DNA of 64,000 bases from Nitrosopumilus sp. (GTDB lineage Archaea; Thermoproteota; Nitrososphaeria; Nitrososphaerales; Nitrosopumilaceae). Positions within the stretch are counted from its first letter, which is position 1, and each line of letters starts with the position of its first letter. The position numbers and the translations under genes were made by a program. The notes beneath the pieces were generated by a model, which was given only the letters and a program-made list of their open reading frames with translations, was not told the origin of the DNA and made no database searches. The DNA lies in NCBI GenBank assembly GCA_965204345.1, contig OZ241981.1, positions 576,001-640,000 of the forward strand, written 5' to 3'. Positions 58,101 to 62,625 of the stretch are shown here, in pieces.

Positions 58101-58124
58101 AATACTTGTAATACTAATAGCCAA
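34113..58124 (-). CDS. Giant secreted/surface protein 2 (8003 aa), paralog of protein 1, with an extra NHL-like beta-propeller and roughly 65 Ig/cadherin-like modules
   Basis: 24-kb uninterrupted ORF; TTG start supported by TATA spacing; same N- and C-terminal domains and repeat types as 7084-24543. Confidence 0.93.
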   Translation of the reverse strand: MAISITSIRTKSKREFGALAVAIVIFAVLFSPYPGIDAVTISLTDNEIFVDFTNGVLADIDDILSIELRISDPATNDGLTLPLTPATLTSLVGTSTNISSATDFAVDQNGDYVIADNGNGKLIGLSASGTESDIADIPNIIAVANQPGGTGNLVVATSDGVISQVSPDGTVTELEDTATGITDMIVDGAGNYVTVNSNTNTPQGNAFDVVESATGSYVYVSNAGTGGTLYQVDAGGTVTVIATGITNDNADPLAVKIASNGDYVVAGGSSITRVTPSGDVTVVIDDVGFVIHDLFVGSSNNNRITVMGSAGQLSLVLPGSAFNPEISPDDPSVLRVVLNPGDSDEVVAFFDLFGNRLSNALAANFGQTADVKGKIVALNFNGITNMLSGGYGGLGTGPYGYGYSSSSDPLAQDVKANYDIKVNSGLLKKGDNTIQIDILPSVSSPPDDITTFTSTFTNEITGIGVEINVPVGSDDGGVTFTPSSNLSILNVISNTLPDTITAIGGQMLDFNGAPTFDDQGGVKSVRVSDSAVNITSDVSSATVSVSYPDGIIVSGSSDDWAGTITVPSVSTAAPPSPDNDVTGLVFSVGDGTTRLTFDQAVRLLLPGQAGQDGAFFSGEDADGLVVSRPLTECSFVPVNQATANTNLAAGSALESCFTRAGSDMIIWTTHFSSFGSFSTTEPIPIVTLSTTANPITKLTTIPFTITFNEEVGATIADNLFDYNIIVTGTANDGSPALSGYTEIDDHTATFDVVRGSSDGTVTASLQPSTLFGGADVDPSNEITVEIDTQRPTATLHAPETVNTDTITFTVEFSEDVQRFGETSFILAGSQATNIQQIDARTYAFDIMYSEVSGVLSDSLPQNVAFDAADNGNTGSSEVTVRVDLIRPTPTITTTASTLTNAETVPFTVTFDEDVQNFELEDITVTGTANGGNPVASNFDGEGSVYTFDVARGSSDGTVTVSIAADVAADLAGNVNLQSNDVSVTVDRTGPFPHITHPLVSSPTSTNPIPFTVIFSEDVQNFELEDITVTGTTNSENLTVINFEVHDDHTYFFSVLTENLDTVLTVSIAADVAADSAGNPNTASNSVTLITNNRLPGVSLSTIASDSTSLSTIPFTATFTEDVENFELEDITVTGTANGGNPVASNFDGEGSVYTFDVARGSTDGTVTVSIAANVATDLAGSPNHASIPITVTIDTSSAPSVSLDTVAGDLTTLEAIPFTAIFSSVVTGFVSSDIVVTIDGVRAPLGLIPTVNGQPGSDYTFTVIHGITEGVLTVTIPTDVVDGGNTGDTVTITVDRIKPSVSITPVDGTITSDDPVTFTATFNEDVENFGLEDITVTGTANGGAPTADNFVTVNARTYTFDVARGTTDGTVIASIATGVAADLAGNSNTASAPVTVTIESIIPTVSVTTTADILNNLDTIPFTATFSEDVENFELEDITVTGTANGGNPVASNLDGEGSIYTFDVARGSTDGTVIVSIAADVAVDSAGNPNEASSSSAIVTIDTLAPTVSVSSSAGSSTNADTVPFTATFSEDVEDFELEDITVTGTANGGNPVASNLDGEGSIYTFDVARGSTDGTVIVSIAADVAVDSAGNPNEASSSSAIVTIDTLAPTVSVSSSAGSSTNADTVPFTATFTEDVEDFELEDITVTGTANGGNPVASNLDGEGSIYTFDVARGSTDGTVIVSIAADVAVDSAGNPNEASIPATVTIDPSIPSVSLSTDATDPTNSEIIEFTATFDEDVTGFEQSDIVVAINGTTTSDLITAFTGDGAEYTFTVTHGITTEGQLTATIPDGVTIEGNTDAVHTITVDMIRPSVSITPADGTATSDDPVTFTATFSEDVQNFILSDITVTGTANGGSPAADNFVTVDARTYTFDVARGTTDGTVIPSIATGVAADLAGNPNAASAPVTVTIETIAPTVSVTTTADILNNLDTIPFTATFSEDVENFELEDITVTGTANGGNPVASNLDGEGSIYTFDVARGFTDGTVIVSIAADVAVDSAGNPNEASSSSAIVIIETLAPTVSVSSSAGSSTGLDTVPFTATFTEDVEDFELEDITVTGTANGGNPVASNLNGEGSVYTFDVARGSTDGTVIVSIAANVAVDSAGNPNMASVPVTITIDIRSVSLSTDATDPTNSETIDFTATFDEDVTGFERSDIVVAINGTSAPNSLITAFTGTSGTQYDFTVTHGIATEGQLTVRIPPNVVAEGNTASATAALTVDRINPSVTITPADGTTTRDDSVTFTATFGENVQNFELGDITITGSANGGAPAASNFATVDARTYTFDVARGSTDGTVTASIAAGVAADLAGNPNAASNSVTVTITTNTLPPVPAVTPGITLQHPVLATHQEFSLDDHFTDPEGDTLSYTNPSDDCTGTLTQQPPAGSNTFRFVSSAAETCTLSFDISDGTIASTGGTYTVNISVILDAAPVRTATPLTVDVPADQPRNVILDINDYYTDATTLTLVSDPTSDDCTDFNSITRSNGQFEFVPLGAFASASTCTVQTTFSDGNRHTDTEITINYLSLPTVTVAEGESLSHQVSLPANFFPADVGFISTGHSYLNINLDGLVTGNIPFDVVAHPPTGTSIRDDFDLSTEIQVEYQLDDGADTTTGSFTLTVTDVNRVPAGTVPPSFSFNIDETHTGNLATNIADPDGDTLSYTLDNNACQSSSVTVNPTGAFTVTATPNNAVTYPEDCSFTFDVTDGSATEQFTSSYRVLSTVTNLLPPIPASVPSATVEYPNRTVPQISLRDHFVDPEFETLSFNNFSSCAAGVTLDVTLLDNHNMQIDPVANDVGTTCVVSFDISDGTTQSTGQPYSFELVVTENPAPVRTATPLVIDVLSDQSRTVTIDINDYYTDDKSLSIVDTITSDDCTFRSTSPDSGVFTFEVLEDSTGGLTCTVQTTFSDGNYFTPAEFTINYLDRISVSLTTDVGDLTNLEAIEFTVTFGRAVTGFDQDDIIVRIDETTTTPGLITSFAGEGAQYTFTVTHGLTESLLVVVIPVDAADGGSASDGSRITVDRANPTVSITPADGTITSDDPVTFTATFSEDVQNFELGDITITGTANGTNPAAANFVTVDARTYTFDVARGFTDGTVIPSITANVATDLAGNPNTASAPVTVTIDTAVPSVSVTTTPIDFTNSDTVTFTATFSEDVQNFILSDITVTGTANGGSPVASNFVTVDARTYTFDVARGTTDGTVTTSIAADVATNLAGTSNTASAPVTVTVDTTVPTVTITPVNGTITSDDPVTFTATFSEDVQNFILSDITVTGTANGTNPTAANFVTVDARTYTFDVSRGSTDGTVIPSIAADVATDLANNPNTASAPVTVTIDTTVPTVTITPADGTTTDEDPVIFTATFSEDVQNFILSDITVTGTANGGAPAAANFVTVNARTYTFDVARGSTDGTVTASIAADVAADLANNPNTASAPVTVTIDTTVPFVLLSTDASNPTNSETIDFTATFDEDVTGFEQSDIVVTINGTEVSNSLITAFTGTSGTQYDFTVTHGIATGGQLTVTIPADVVAGGNTASAATLTVDRIDPTVTITPADGTITSDDPVTFTATFSEDVQNFILSDITVTGTANGTNPTAANFVTIDARTYTFDVARGSTDGTVTASIAADVAADLANNPNTASNLVTVTIDTAVPTVTIKPVNGTITSDDPVTFTATFSEDVQNFILSDITVTGSANGTNPTAANFVTINARTYTFDVSRGSTDGTVTASIAADVAADLANNPNTASNLVTVTIDTAVPTVTITPVNGTITSDDPVTFTATFSEDVQNFILSDITVTGTANGTNPTAANFVTVNARTYTFDVARGSTDGTVTASIAADVAADLANNPNTASNLVTVTIDTTVPTVTITPVNGTITSDDPVTFTATFSEDVQNFILSDITVTGTANGTNPTAANFVTVNARTYTFDVSRGSTDGTVTASIAADVAADLANNPNTASNLVTVTIDTAVPTVTITPVNGTITSDDPVTFTATFSEDVQNFILSDITVTGTANGTNPTAANFVTVNARTYTFDVSRGSSDGTIIPSIAAGVAEDLADNLNTASAPVTVTIDTVRPTVTLASNAGASTNSDTITFTATFSRDVDPITEGDITVTGTANGGILTVTNIQTVDSRTYTFDVADIASDGTIITSIAAGVTVDSAENSNTASTQVTVTVDTTDLTVSVATTADDNTNLTTIPFTVNFNKAVADFVLSDITVTGTANDGTPAASNLAGSGTQYTFDVVRGTSDGTVTVSIAENVATDAAGNLNTASAQVTVTVDSEALTVSVDTTAGENTNLDTVPFTVTFNKAVEDFELSDITVEGTANDGTPAASNLAGSGTEYTFDVIRGTSDGTVTVSIAAGVATDAAGNSNLASPSSAAVTIDTTDLTVSVATTAGDNTNLATVPFTVTFNKAVEDFVLSDITVTGTVNGSAPAASNLLGSGTEYTFDVIRGSSDGTVTVSIAENVATDAAGNLNTASAQVTVTVDSEALTVSVATTAGDNTNLDTIPFTVTFNKAVEDFVLSDITVEGTANDGAPAASNLLGSGTEYTFDVVRGTSDGTVTVSIAAGVATDAAGNLNTASAQVTVTVDSEALTVSVATTAGDNTNLDTIPFTVTFNKAVEDFVLSDITVEGTANDGAPAASNLLGSGTEYTFDVVRGTSDGTVTVSIAAGVATDAAGNSNLASPSSAAVTIDTTDLTVSVATTAGDTTNFATVPFTVTFNKAVEDFVLSDITVEGTANDGAPAASNLLGSGTEYTFDVVRGTSDGTVTVSIAAGVATDAAGNSNLASPSSAAVTIDTTDLTVSVATTAGDTTNFATVPFTVTFNKAVEDFELSDITVTGTVNGSAPAASNLLGSGTEYTFDVVRGTSDGTVTVSIAENVATDAAGNLNTASAPVIVTIDITTPTVTITPPDGTVISDDPVTFRATFSEDVQNFVLADITVEGTANNGTLTATDFVAVDARTYTFNVARGSSDGTVSPSIAAGVATDLAANLNEASAPVTVTIDTVRPTVTLSSNAGANTNFDTITFTATFSRDVEAITETDITVEGTANGGILTVTNIQTVDSRTYTFDVADIASDGTVITSIAAGVTVDSAENSNTASTQVTVTVDTTDLTVSVATTADDNTNLTTIPFTVNFNKAVADFELSDITVTGTANDGTPAASNLLGSGTQYTFDVIRGTSDGTVTVSIAENVATDAAGNLNTASTPITITIDTEALTVSVTTTAGENTNLDTVPFTVNFNKAVADFELSDITVEGTANDGTPAASNLAGSGAQYTFDVVRGTSDGTVTVSIAADVATDAAGNLNTASAPVTVTIDTTDLTVSVTTTTDDNTNLTTIPFTVNFNKAVADFVLSDITVTGTANDGTPAPSNLLGSGAEYTFDVVRGSSDGTVTVSIAENVATDAAGNLNTASAPVTVTVDTTAPIVSVATTADMINNLDTVPFTARFTEDVENFVLDDITVAGTANGGALTASNFVTVNASTYTFDVADISSDGTVTVSIGEGVATDFVGNLNTASAPITVTIDATIPSVSLGTVASGPTNSEAIQFTATFSSDVTGFIASDIVVTVDGNTATPGSLITAFTETSGTQYDFTVTHGITTEGQLTVSIPAGVVQGGNTASPSPTTITIDLIAPQVFVGSTAGSITNLATIPFTATFSEDVENFELGDITVTGTANGANLTASNFATVNASTYTFDVADISSDGTVTVSLDEDVAADLAGNPNEALPRHVTVTIDSTSTNLLPTIPAVPPIITLEYPALRDQPILLSDHFVDPDGDEVTFTEIITSCQGIFVVSLDSMLLFRSVTAEECVFSFDISDGTDSTTDRPYTAILNVVADPAPVLGDLTIQVQPDESRTVNIDVNNFYDDNKVLSIIGDTQSSSDCTTSIISDITPNSFSFTPTNQFSTTDECTVQFTISDGNRQIETTVTVQYLPGLTASIGTTANPITNLAVIPFTVTFSEDVTGFDRGDIVVAADGVAITTTASELIPGFEGTSGGTDYTFTVAHGITEGQLTVTIPTNVVNEDNIESVYALTVDRISPVIILVPADGTTTTAATIPFTLTFSEEINVFSIPNVIAVTGSANGGNPVASDFSISEGIYTFSVARGSSDGIVTVSINTGTIRDLAGNFNEAFTATFTIDTTVLSVSLDTTAADPTNSEAIEFTATFDEDVTQFTMEDIVVAINGTDTSGLISGFSGSDADYTFTVTHGITTQGELTVTIPDGAVAEGNMASTRTLTVDRIRPSVSITPVDGTTTSDNPVTFTATFSEDVENFELTDITVTGTANGGTLTASGFATVDARTYTFNVAGISSDGTVIASIAADVATDLAGNSNTASAPVTVTVDSTVPSVSLDTTATDPTNSETISFTATFDEDVTGFVQSDIVVAIDGTPAANSLLTAFSGSGADYTFTVTHGIAAEGQLTVTIPDDAVVEGNTANTHTLTVDRIDPTVTITPVDGTTTGDDPVTFTATFSEDVENFVLADITVTGTVNGGSPVASNLLGDGSVYTFDVARGSTDGTVTVSIAGDVARDLADNSNTASVPVTVTIDTTIPNSLPPVPAVQPVITLEHPTLAPPTFSLDDHFTDPDDDTLSYTNISDDCTGTLTQQPPAGSDTFRFVSSAAETCTLSFDISDGTGASTGGAYTVNISVVLDAAPVRTTTPLTVDVLSSQLRKVTLDINNYYTDTQTLTLVSAPTSSDCTDFTSAILPNGQFDFEPINAFAGASTCTVQATFSDGNRHTTADLTINYLDVATVSLSTNVTDPTNSEAIPFTATFGSDVTGFIADDIVVTIDGNPATPGSLISEFGGSGADYTFTVTHGITAEGQLAVTIPANAVVEGNTASTATTFTVDRIVPTVTITPADGTTTSDDPVTFTATFNEDVQNFELGDITVTGTANGGSPEVTNLNGEGSIYTFDVARGTTDGTVISSIAADVTTDLAGNLNTGSNSVTVTIDTVPLTVSVATTADDNTNLATIPFTATFNKDVEDFDLTDITVTGTANGGTPVASNLGGTGSVYTFDVLRGTTDGTVTVSIDALKATDAAGNSNEASAQITVTIDTIAPTVSVSSSIGSSTGLDTVPFTVTFSKDVQNFELGDITVTGTANGTNPIASNFATVNARTYTFDVARGSSDGTVIPSIAADVATDLAGNPNTASAPVTVTVDTTVPYVSLSTGASDPTNSEAISFTATFSEDVTGFEQSDIVVTINGTEVSDSLITTFTGTSGTQYDFTVTHGIATEGELTVTIPEGAVVEDNTDAVHIITVDMVNPTVSITPPDGTTTGDDPVTFTATFSEDVRNFVLDDITVTGTANGDAPAATNFVTVDASTYTFDVARGSTDGTVTVSINANVAADSAGNPNETSNSVTVTINTTGDAIEADIPLGGVDGVITYIPSSNLITLNVIYDTLPETIIATDGQLLKFNTAPTFADDSANGVKSVRISDSPAKVTSAVSDSQTVTVTYPAGIVVSGSSDDWDGTITVPSLSTNAATPPTSNDEIGLAFSVGDGNTRLTFDQAVRLLLPDQASRDGAFFQGENADGVVESRPLVVCPFVPVNQATANTNLEAGTTLESCFVRDGSDMIIWTTHFSSFGSFSIGSVDPTPSTPSSSRGGGGGGGGGGGGGGGGGGSSSLPSGSSSIAGSVSGAVLYDVQWDVCEANTINVIAGPVTDNLFVKLRTNAGIITAERSDDQSYPGRISFDANLSPNESFVHVQVENIISRGISTDSKSLNITECSGSVSVKTYESSSPVIAGGSAVVTPDQPSSKADLPTDTMTDLPTVPIPGLAPVQTPEPVRKFLADFTDITNDNTGMKLTDFQTLQSNPDKYALVVLGVSGQTVTTVALTDRPDSEESNNNANLFLQISSSDDMVNSMRGVLLGGDTIEIVAGDGSRTIVPTSAEIAIASEDANVAVSQKSGMKINDRSTQVDLPDVLKEFLNTNIEFTNEDTGKTLTQYMVLQSVPDMFAEKELGISGQTVTTIAFPDRYGREDSNDDLNVFVQFTHTDEQVNSLRGIQQGGNAISVSTNGVEQGTLTQTVEIPLG
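35352..35405 (-). repeat. (GGTGGC)n microsatellite encoding Gly18 linker
   Basis: 54 nt; the paralogous tract in gene 1 is 45 nt. Confidence 0.95.
43500..45560. repeat. Tandem Ig-module array with 309/312-bp period
   Basis: TCAAAGGTGTATTC anchor recurs at 43909, 44221, 44530, 44839; boundaries approximate. Confidence 0.88.
46060..47520. repeat. About five near-identical 312-bp tandem units (104-aa Ig module)
   Basis: TCAAAGGTGTATGTGCGGGCAT anchor at 46081, 46393, 46705, 47017, 47329. Confidence 0.92.
48975..50649. repeat. ~1.67-kb block nearly identical to 18427-20101
   Basis: See partner copy; offset 30548 nt. Confidence 0.9.
53020..53865. repeat. About three near-identical 312-bp tandem units
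   Basis: CGAGCAACATCAAAGGTGTAGATACTG anchor at 53101, 53413, 53725. Confidence 0.9.
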
Positions 58125-58148
58125 TCTAAATTTACAATAAAATTCAAG

Positions 58149-58156
58149 TTAATAAA
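58149..58156 (-). promoter_or_regulatory. TATA box (TTTATTAA) of giant gene 2
   Basis: Ends 25 nt upstream of the TTG start, same spacing as gene 1. Confidence 0.7.
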
Positions 58157-58180
58157 TGAATAAAATTGACGATGTTGCAA

Positions 58181-61100
58181 TTATTCGTATTTGTCGTAGG
58201 GTTCTATTGGTTCCTTTGTGGTTTTGTTGTCCCTAAGCCATTCTAATGTCTTTACAAAGGAATCGGCCAATTCAATAGTAGTCAGCACCGGAATTCCCAA
58301 TTCAAGGGATTTTCGCCTGATCTGATATTCGTCATCAAGCATTCCAACATATTTTTCCAAGGTCGAGGTACTTGGAATGTTTATGATAAAATCAATTTTA
58401 CGCTCATAGAGCAGGTCAGAGATGTTGGGCTTTCTGTCAGGCTCAGAAATTTTGTGCACGATCTCAACTTTGCCAATCCTTTCTTCAAAAAATTCAGCAG
58501 TATGCTCTGTTGCTAAAATCTTAAATTCCAAATGCTTGAGTTTGGCAATTGTTGATATCAGTTTTTCCTTATTTTGTGCGCCGCCTACGGTAACTAGGGC
58601 GGAGCCCTTCTCTGGCAGATTATATCCGACTGATGTCAATCCCTTTGATAGCGCATCATAGAAACTGTTTCCAAAACAGGCAGCCTCGCCAGTAGATTGC
58701 ATTTCAACACCCAAGGCAATATCTGCGCCTTCTAACTGCATAAAAGAAAATTGGGGAACCTTGATTCCATAATTATGAATTTTTTGCCACTTGTTTTCGG
58801 GAATTTTGGGCAGAGGCTTCTCCAAGATGGCCCGGGATGCAAGTGAGATCAGGTTTGTTTTGACGAGTTTGGAGACAAACGGCATAGAACGGGATGCGCG
58901 TATGTTTAATTCGATTACATAGACATGGTCATCATGAACCAAAAACTGAAGATTAAATGGTCCTTTGACGTTAAATGTCAGTGCAATCTTTTTTGTATAC
59001 TCGTTAATTGTCTCAATGATCTTGTTACTCAGACGCCACGGGGGGATAACCATCATTGCATCACCGGAATGAACGCCGGCACTGTCAATATGCTCAACTA
59101 TTGCGCCAATTACAACTTGCCTGCCGTTGCTAATTCCATCTACATCAACCTCAAGGGAGTTTAGCATGAATTTTGAAATTACAACGGGGTGATCAGGCGA
59201 TACGTCGGTAGCTTCTTGCACGTATGTCTTTAATTCATCCTGAGACCATACAACCTTCATGGCTGCACCAGACAAGACGTATGATGGCCTTACAATTACG
59301 GGGAACTGGACCTCTTGGGCAAAAGACTTTGCCTCACCAATATTTGAAAAGGCCTGCCAGCGCGGCTGTTGTATGTGAAGCTTGTCAAGTTCTGCGCTGA
59401 ATTTGGAACGATCCTCGGCCCTATCAACATCATGTGCGCCGGTTCCAAGAATGTTTATGCCATGCCGGGCAAGTCCGGGAGTCAGATTGTTTGCAGTCTG
59501 TCCACCAACGCATGTAATAATTCCTTGCGGGTTTTCAAATTCGGTGATATCAAGGATTCTCTCCTGGGTTAATTCTTCAAAATACAACCTAGTGCAAATA
59601 TCATAGTCAGTTGAAACGGTTTCAGGATTACAGTTAACTATTGAAACATGTTTCTGGCCGTTTTCCTGAAGGCCCCATACCATGTTGACAGTTCCCCAAT
59701 CAAACTCGACACTGCTGCCAATTCTATAGGGTCCCGCACCAAGAACAACAATTCCTTTTTGATCCTTGGGCACGGCAATATCATTAGAATGTCCGCCGTA
59801 CGTCAGATAGAGATAGTTTGTTACCGCAGGCCATTCGGCAGCCAGGGTATCAATCTGCTTTACACAAGGAATTACGCCTAATTTCTTCCTCAAATCACGT
59901 ATTTCATCAGGACCGCAGTCTTTGGCACGGGCAATCTGTTTATCTCCAAAGCCTGCCTTTTTTGCCTCCCAAAGAAGCGACTCGTCTAACTCTGAATCTT
60001 TTAGTTTTTTCTCAACATTTACAATATTTTGAATTTTTTCAACAAACCAGGGGTCTATAGCAGATAGTTTGTAGATTCTCTTAACAGAGATGTTCATCTT
60101 TAATGCAACAGCAACATGATACAGGACCTCATCGTCGTGATGTGATAGCTTGTACTCAATTTCTTCCTCAGTGTAGGTTTTGCCACTTGAGCGATTCAAA
60201 ACTAGTCCATCATTGCCAATATCTAGCATTCGAATTGCCTTTTGGAATGATTCCTCAAAGGTCCTGCCAACTGCCATGACCTCACCTACAGACTTCATGG
60301 TGGGACCAAGTCTTCTATTAACCAGCTCAAATTTTCCAAAATCCCATCGAGGATGCTTGCATACAATATAGTCCAGTGAGGGCTCAAAACAGGCAGTAGT
60401 GCTCTTTGTAATTCTATTGACAAGCTCAGACAGGTTATAGCCCAATCCAATCTTTGCAGACATGTATGCCAAGGGATACCCGGTAGCCTTGCTTGCAAGT
60501 GCAGAAGAGCGGGAAAGCCTAGGATTGATTTCAATTGCAACATATCTGTCAGAGTCAGGGGCAAGCGCATATTGGATATTGCACTCACCTACAATCCCAA
60601 CATGTTTTGTTGCACGCAATGCCGCAGAGCGCAGCATGTGGTATTCATGGTTATTGATAGTTTGAGACGGGGCAACTACAATGTTATCTCCGGTGTGAGC
60701 CTTCATTGAAAGGATGTTTTCCATGTTACAAACAATTACGTTATTTCCATCATAGTCTTGCATGACTTCATACTCAATCTGCTTCCAGTGTCCAATGTAT
60801 TCCTCAACTAGGACCTGCTTTACCAGACTAGCCCTAAGGCCGCGCTCTACAATTTCATGCAGCTCAATCTCATTATGTGCAATTCCCCCGCCTCTGCCTC
60901 CAAGGGTATATGCGACTCGAATGATTACAGGGTAATTGAGCATTTTGGCTGCCTTTTTTGCATCCTCAAAATTATTGACAGTCTTGCTCTTCAAGACAGG
61001 CACGTCACATTCCTTCATGGCATCCTTGAAGAGCTGCCTATCTTCGGTTCTCTGAATGCCTTTGACCTGGGTTCCAAGTACGCTAATATCGTATTTCTTA

Positions 61101-61423
61101 AGAACCCCAGACTCCTCAAGATTCACTCCGCAGTTTAGGGCAGTCTGTCCGCCGTATGCCAGCATGATGCCGTCTGGTCTCTCTTTTTCAATTACGGATT
61201 CAACATACTCGGCATTGACAGGCAAGAGATAGACTTGATCTGCAAACCGGGTATCAGTTTGAATGGTAGCGACGTTTGGATTAATCAGTACGCTGTTTAG
61301 CCCATCCTCATGAATTGCCTTAAGGCACTGACTTCCAGAATAATCAAACTCGCCGGCCTCGCCAATCTTGATTGCGCCGCTGCCAAGCACCAGGATTTTT
61401 TTTAGGGATTCGTGTTTTGGCAA
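58181..61423 (-). CDS. carB: Carbamoyl-phosphate synthase large subunit
   Basis: GSGAIKIGEAGEFDYSG, two ATP-grasp halves (EINPRLSRSSALASKATG; ELNIRASR), C-terminal MGS domain. Confidence 0.97.
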   Translation of the reverse strand: MPKHESLKKILVLGSGAIKIGEAGEFDYSGSQCLKAIHEDGLNSVLINPNVATIQTDTRFADQVYLLPVNAEYVESVIEKERPDGIMLAYGGQTALNCGVNLEESGVLKKYDISVLGTQVKGIQRTEDRQLFKDAMKECDVPVLKSKTVNNFEDAKKAAKMLNYPVIIRVAYTLGGRGGGIAHNEIELHEIVERGLRASLVKQVLVEEYIGHWKQIEYEVMQDYDGNNVIVCNMENILSMKAHTGDNIVVAPSQTINNHEYHMLRSAALRATKHVGIVGECNIQYALAPDSDRYVAIEINPRLSRSSALASKATGYPLAYMSAKIGLGYNLSELVNRITKSTTACFEPSLDYIVCKHPRWDFGKFELVNRRLGPTMKSVGEVMAVGRTFEESFQKAIRMLDIGNDGLVLNRSSGKTYTEEEIEYKLSHHDDEVLYHVAVALKMNISVKRIYKLSAIDPWFVEKIQNIVNVEKKLKDSELDESLLWEAKKAGFGDKQIARAKDCGPDEIRDLRKKLGVIPCVKQIDTLAAEWPAVTNYLYLTYGGHSNDIAVPKDQKGIVVLGAGPYRIGSSVEFDWGTVNMVWGLQENGQKHVSIVNCNPETVSTDYDICTRLYFEELTQERILDITEFENPQGIITCVGGQTANNLTPGLARHGINILGTGAHDVDRAEDRSKFSAELDKLHIQQPRWQAFSNIGEAKSFAQEVQFPVIVRPSYVLSGAAMKVVWSQDELKTYVQEATDVSPDHPVVISKFMLNSLEVDVDGISNGRQVVIGAIVEHIDSAGVHSGDAMMVIPPWRLSNKIIETINEYTKKIALTFNVKGPFNLQFLVHDDHVYVIELNIRASRSMPFVSKLVKTNLISLASRAILEKPLPKIPENKWQKIHNYGIKVPQFSFMQLEGADIALGVEMQSTGEAACFGNSFYDALSKGLTSVGYNLPEKGSALVTVGGAQNKEKLISTIAKLKHLEFKILATEHTAEFFEERIGKVEIVHKISEPDRKPNISDLLYERKIDFIINIPSTSTLEKYVGMLDDEYQIRRKSLELGIPVLTTIELADSFVKTLEWLRDNKTTKEPIEPYDKYE

Positions 61424-62566
61424 TTATTTGCTCTCCATAAGATTTCGTAATTCCTCAAAGACAAATTTGCAATCAAAGGGGCCAGGAGAGGCTTCGGGGT
61501 GAAACTGTACTGCAATACAGTTTTGTTTTTTGTGTTTTATTCCCTCAACTGTACCATCATCTGCATTTTTAAACCACAGTGTGAAATCAGACTTTTCAAT
61601 GGACTCGGGGGTTATTCCATACCCGTGATTTTGGCTTGTAACGTATACCTGGTTGTCCTCCAGATTAATACAAGGCTTGTTTTGTCCACGGTGGCCATAC
61701 TTTAGTTTGTAGGTTTGGGTATTTCCTGCAATGCCAATTATCTGTGCACCAAGACAGATTCCCAATGTAGGAACATTGTTTTGAATCAATTTTTTAGCAG
61801 TATCAACGGTATCAGGGCAGCTTTGCGGGTCTCCAGGACCGCTGCTTAGTACAACACCGTCAGGATTGTAAGACATTATTTTCTCATAGGGAGTATCCCA
61901 TGGAACCAAAATTGCTTTGTATCCTAACTGGCGAACATTTCTTAAAATTGCATATTTTGCGCCAGTGTCAATTACAACAACAGATTTTTCCTCATTGCCA
62001 AATACCTGCTCTTCTTTTGTAGATACGACATTCATGAACTGCTCAGAATCATAGTGTTTTGCAGATGCAAGCTGCTGCCTTGCAGATTCGACGTCAATTT
62101 CAGCATCAGAGACGACAAGGGCAGCCATCATGACGCCGCTAGTGCGTAATTTTTTAGTCAGTTCACGGGTATCAATTCCGGAGATTCCGGGAATTTTCTC
62201 ATTATTCATCCATTCATCCAGGGTCATTGCCAGATTCCAATGACTTGCAGTCAGGGACAATTCATGAACAACCAGGCCGCGGATTTGCATTTTATCGGAC
62301 TCGAAGAATTTTGGAATTCCATCATCATCCCTAATTGACGGATCGGGTACCCCATAATTTCCAACTAGCGGATATGTCAGGGTAAGGATTTGGCCATTGT
62401 ATGACGGATCAGTTAGGGCCTCAGTATAGCCAACCATCCCGGTGTTAAAGACAATTTCACCAAAAACAGTCGTGGAATAGCCAAAACCCTCACCGTCAAG
62501 AACAGTTCCATCATCAAAAATCAGCTTTCCAAACTTTTTTGCGTGTCTTGATTTCCTTGTAGTAAT
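61424..62566 (-). CDS. carA: Carbamoyl-phosphate synthase small subunit; start inferred at ATT 62566
   Basis: KLIFDDGT..G.GFG..GEIVFNTGMVGY, TDPSY.GQI, GICLG, HRGQN, QFHPE; the conserved N-terminus extends in frame upstream of the ATG at 62437. Confidence 0.93.
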   Translation of the reverse strand: MTTRKSRHAKKFGKLIFDDGTVLDGEGFGYSTTVFGEIVFNTGMVGYTEALTDPSYNGQILTLTYPLVGNYGVPDPSIRDDDGIPKFFESDKMQIRGLVVHELSLTASHWNLAMTLDEWMNNEKIPGISGIDTRELTKKLRTSGVMMAALVVSDAEIDVESARQQLASAKHYDSEQFMNVVSTKEEQVFGNEEKSVVVIDTGAKYAILRNVRQLGYKAILVPWDTPYEKIMSYNPDGVVLSSGPGDPQSCPDTVDTAKKLIQNNVPTLGICLGAQIIGIAGNTQTYKLKYGHRGQNKPCINLEDNQVYVTSQNHGYGITPESIEKSDFTLWFKNADDGTVEGIKHKKQNCIAVQFHPEASPGPFDCKFVFEELRNLMESK

Positions 62567-62625
62567 TGTGACCCTCGTAAAGTCCGAGTTATTATGAATT
62601 TAAGTTTTATGCGTAGTAAAGATCC

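Noticed and set aside
7084-58124. Diversity-generating retroelement explanation for the near-identical blocks
   Set aside because: No reverse transcriptase in the window; differences are not adenine-specific and blocks are kilobase-scale coding modules.
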